Shown here piece after piece: positions 5,492-5,947 of a DNA stretch of 5,947 nucleotides. Location: assembly GCA_032249095.1 (NCBI GenBank), contig JAVVGN010000107.1:1-5947 (forward strand). Direction: 5' to 3'. Below the pieces are notes generated by a model. The model saw only the letters and a program-made list of their open reading frames with translations. It did no database searches and had not been told where the DNA came from. The DNA is from Candidatus Caldarchaeales archaeon. GTDB lineage: Archaea > Thermoproteota > Nitrososphaeria_A > Caldarchaeales > Calditenuaceae. A program made the translations under genes and the position numbers. Each line of letters starts with the position of its first letter. Within the stretch, counting starts at the first letter, position 1.

Positions 5492-5523
5492 CTGCCCCCA
5501 GGGCATAGATGATGGGCTAGACT

Positions 5524-5838
5524 ATGCAGCAGGTAGTTAGGATTAAGCTGACGTCAGCTGACCTTGACAAGCTCGAGTCTATTTGTAGAGAGATTAAGGA
5601 GATCGTGGAGCGGACGGGGGCTAAGATGCATGGCCCGGTCCCGCTACCCACTAAGAGACTCGTGATCCCCGTCCGGAAATCCCCCTGTGGCGAGGGTACC
5701 AAAACCTGGAGGAAGTGGGAGCTGAGAACCCATAGGAGGCTGATAGATCTGGTGGTAACCGACCCTCGGGTCATGAGGGAGCTAATGAGAATACAGATCC
5801 CTGAAGAGGTCTCTGTTGAGATGAAGCTCAGCGGCTAG
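5524..5838 (+). CDS. rps10: 30S ribosomal protein S10 (uS10)
   Basis: The protein is 104 aa: RIKLTSADLDKLESICREIKEIVERTGAKMHGPVPLPTKRLVIPVRKSPCGEGTKTWRKWELRTHRRLIDL. This is the canonical uS10 pattern (RIxL.., GPxPLPTK.., W..xExRxHKRLIDx). Confidence 0.95.
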   Translation: MQQVVRIKLTSADLDKLESICREIKEIVERTGAKMHGPVPLPTKRLVIPVRKSPCGEGTKTWRKWELRTHRRLIDLVVTDPRVMRELMRIQIPEEVSVEMKLSG

Positions 5839-5867
5839 GCGATAGAATCTTCTTAGCATACTTATCA

Positions 5868-5947
5868 TATATCATAAAGAATAGAAGATGGGTCTAAACT
5901 ATCTATTTTTGATGGGATATTGGTTTTGGTGGTGTAAGTGTTTTTAT
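5868..5947 (+). repeat. Possible repeat-family fragment D (tail-like, runs off the right edge)
   Basis: AATAGAAGATGGGTCTAAAC...GATGGGATATTGG resembles copy B AATAAAAAATGAAGAGTCTAAAC...AATGGGAAATATGG and copy A GAAGAGGTCTAAAC. The match is short, AT-rich and gapped. Confidence 0.35.

Larger units (their letters stand above)
4889..5520 (+). repeat. Repeat-family copy B (full module with an extra G+C-rich segment of about 100 nt and a shorter tail)
   Basis: It has the same ordered conserved blocks as copy A (coordinates under copy A). The 128-nt core 5176-5303 aligns without gaps to 2383-2510 at a constant offset of 2793. Confidence 0.8.

Noticed and set aside
5508-5562. AGATGATGG followed by two CTGA motifs (within the start of rps10) as a second C/D sRNA
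   Set aside because: The spacing from the C box to the first CTGA is about 30 nt instead of about 12. There is no terminal stem, and the motifs lie inside the rps10 coding sequence.
5517-5774. ORF 5517-5774 (-), antisense to rps10
   Set aside because: It is a shadow ORF of an unmistakable uS10 gene.
1-5947. CRISPR arrays, tRNA genes and rRNA genes
   Set aside because: I saw no regularly spaced direct repeats, no cloverleaf or T-loop signatures, and no rRNA-like conserved stretches on either strand by eye. A tRNAscan or Infernal run would be the definitive check.

Overview
This is an archaeal chromosomal window. It carries an archaeal histone, an archaeal-type adenylate kinase, TrmI, r-protein S10, a box C/D sRNA candidate and TATA-box promoters with leaderless spacing. 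It looks like a thermophilic TACK/Crenarchaeota-type genome, but the taxon cannot be fixed from the sequence alone. No database search or folding program was run. Protein calls rest on motifs I recognise in the supplied translations, and RNA and repeat calls rest on hand alignment.

Credible genes:
- histone (473-694 +)
- adkA (735-1367 +)
- trmI (1341-2162 -), convergent with adkA and overlapping it by 27 nt
- a winged-helix plus multi-pass membrane protein (about 3897-4853 +)
- rps10 (5524-5838 +)

Mobile DNA: there are two divergent IS6-like elements. One is cut by the left window edge (1 to about 254, transposase on the - strand). The other is complete at about 704 bp (3141-3844), with 15-bp terminal inverted repeats. 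Its transposase frame is intact except for three in-frame TAG codons.

The stand-out is a non-coding repeat family that I cannot assign to any known RNA class. There are two full copies in the same orientation (2207-2854 and 4889-5520). There are also two fragments that carry only the 3' (tail) part of the module (255-426 and 5868-5947). Each full copy has a G+C-rich half, a near-invariant 30-mer and a purine/A-rich tail. Over a 128-nt core the two copies align without gaps, and three helices are maintained by compensatory double substitutions. Substitutions show no codon periodicity, so every long ORF the track places inside these repeats is rejected. I found no tRNA, rRNA or CRISPR array.
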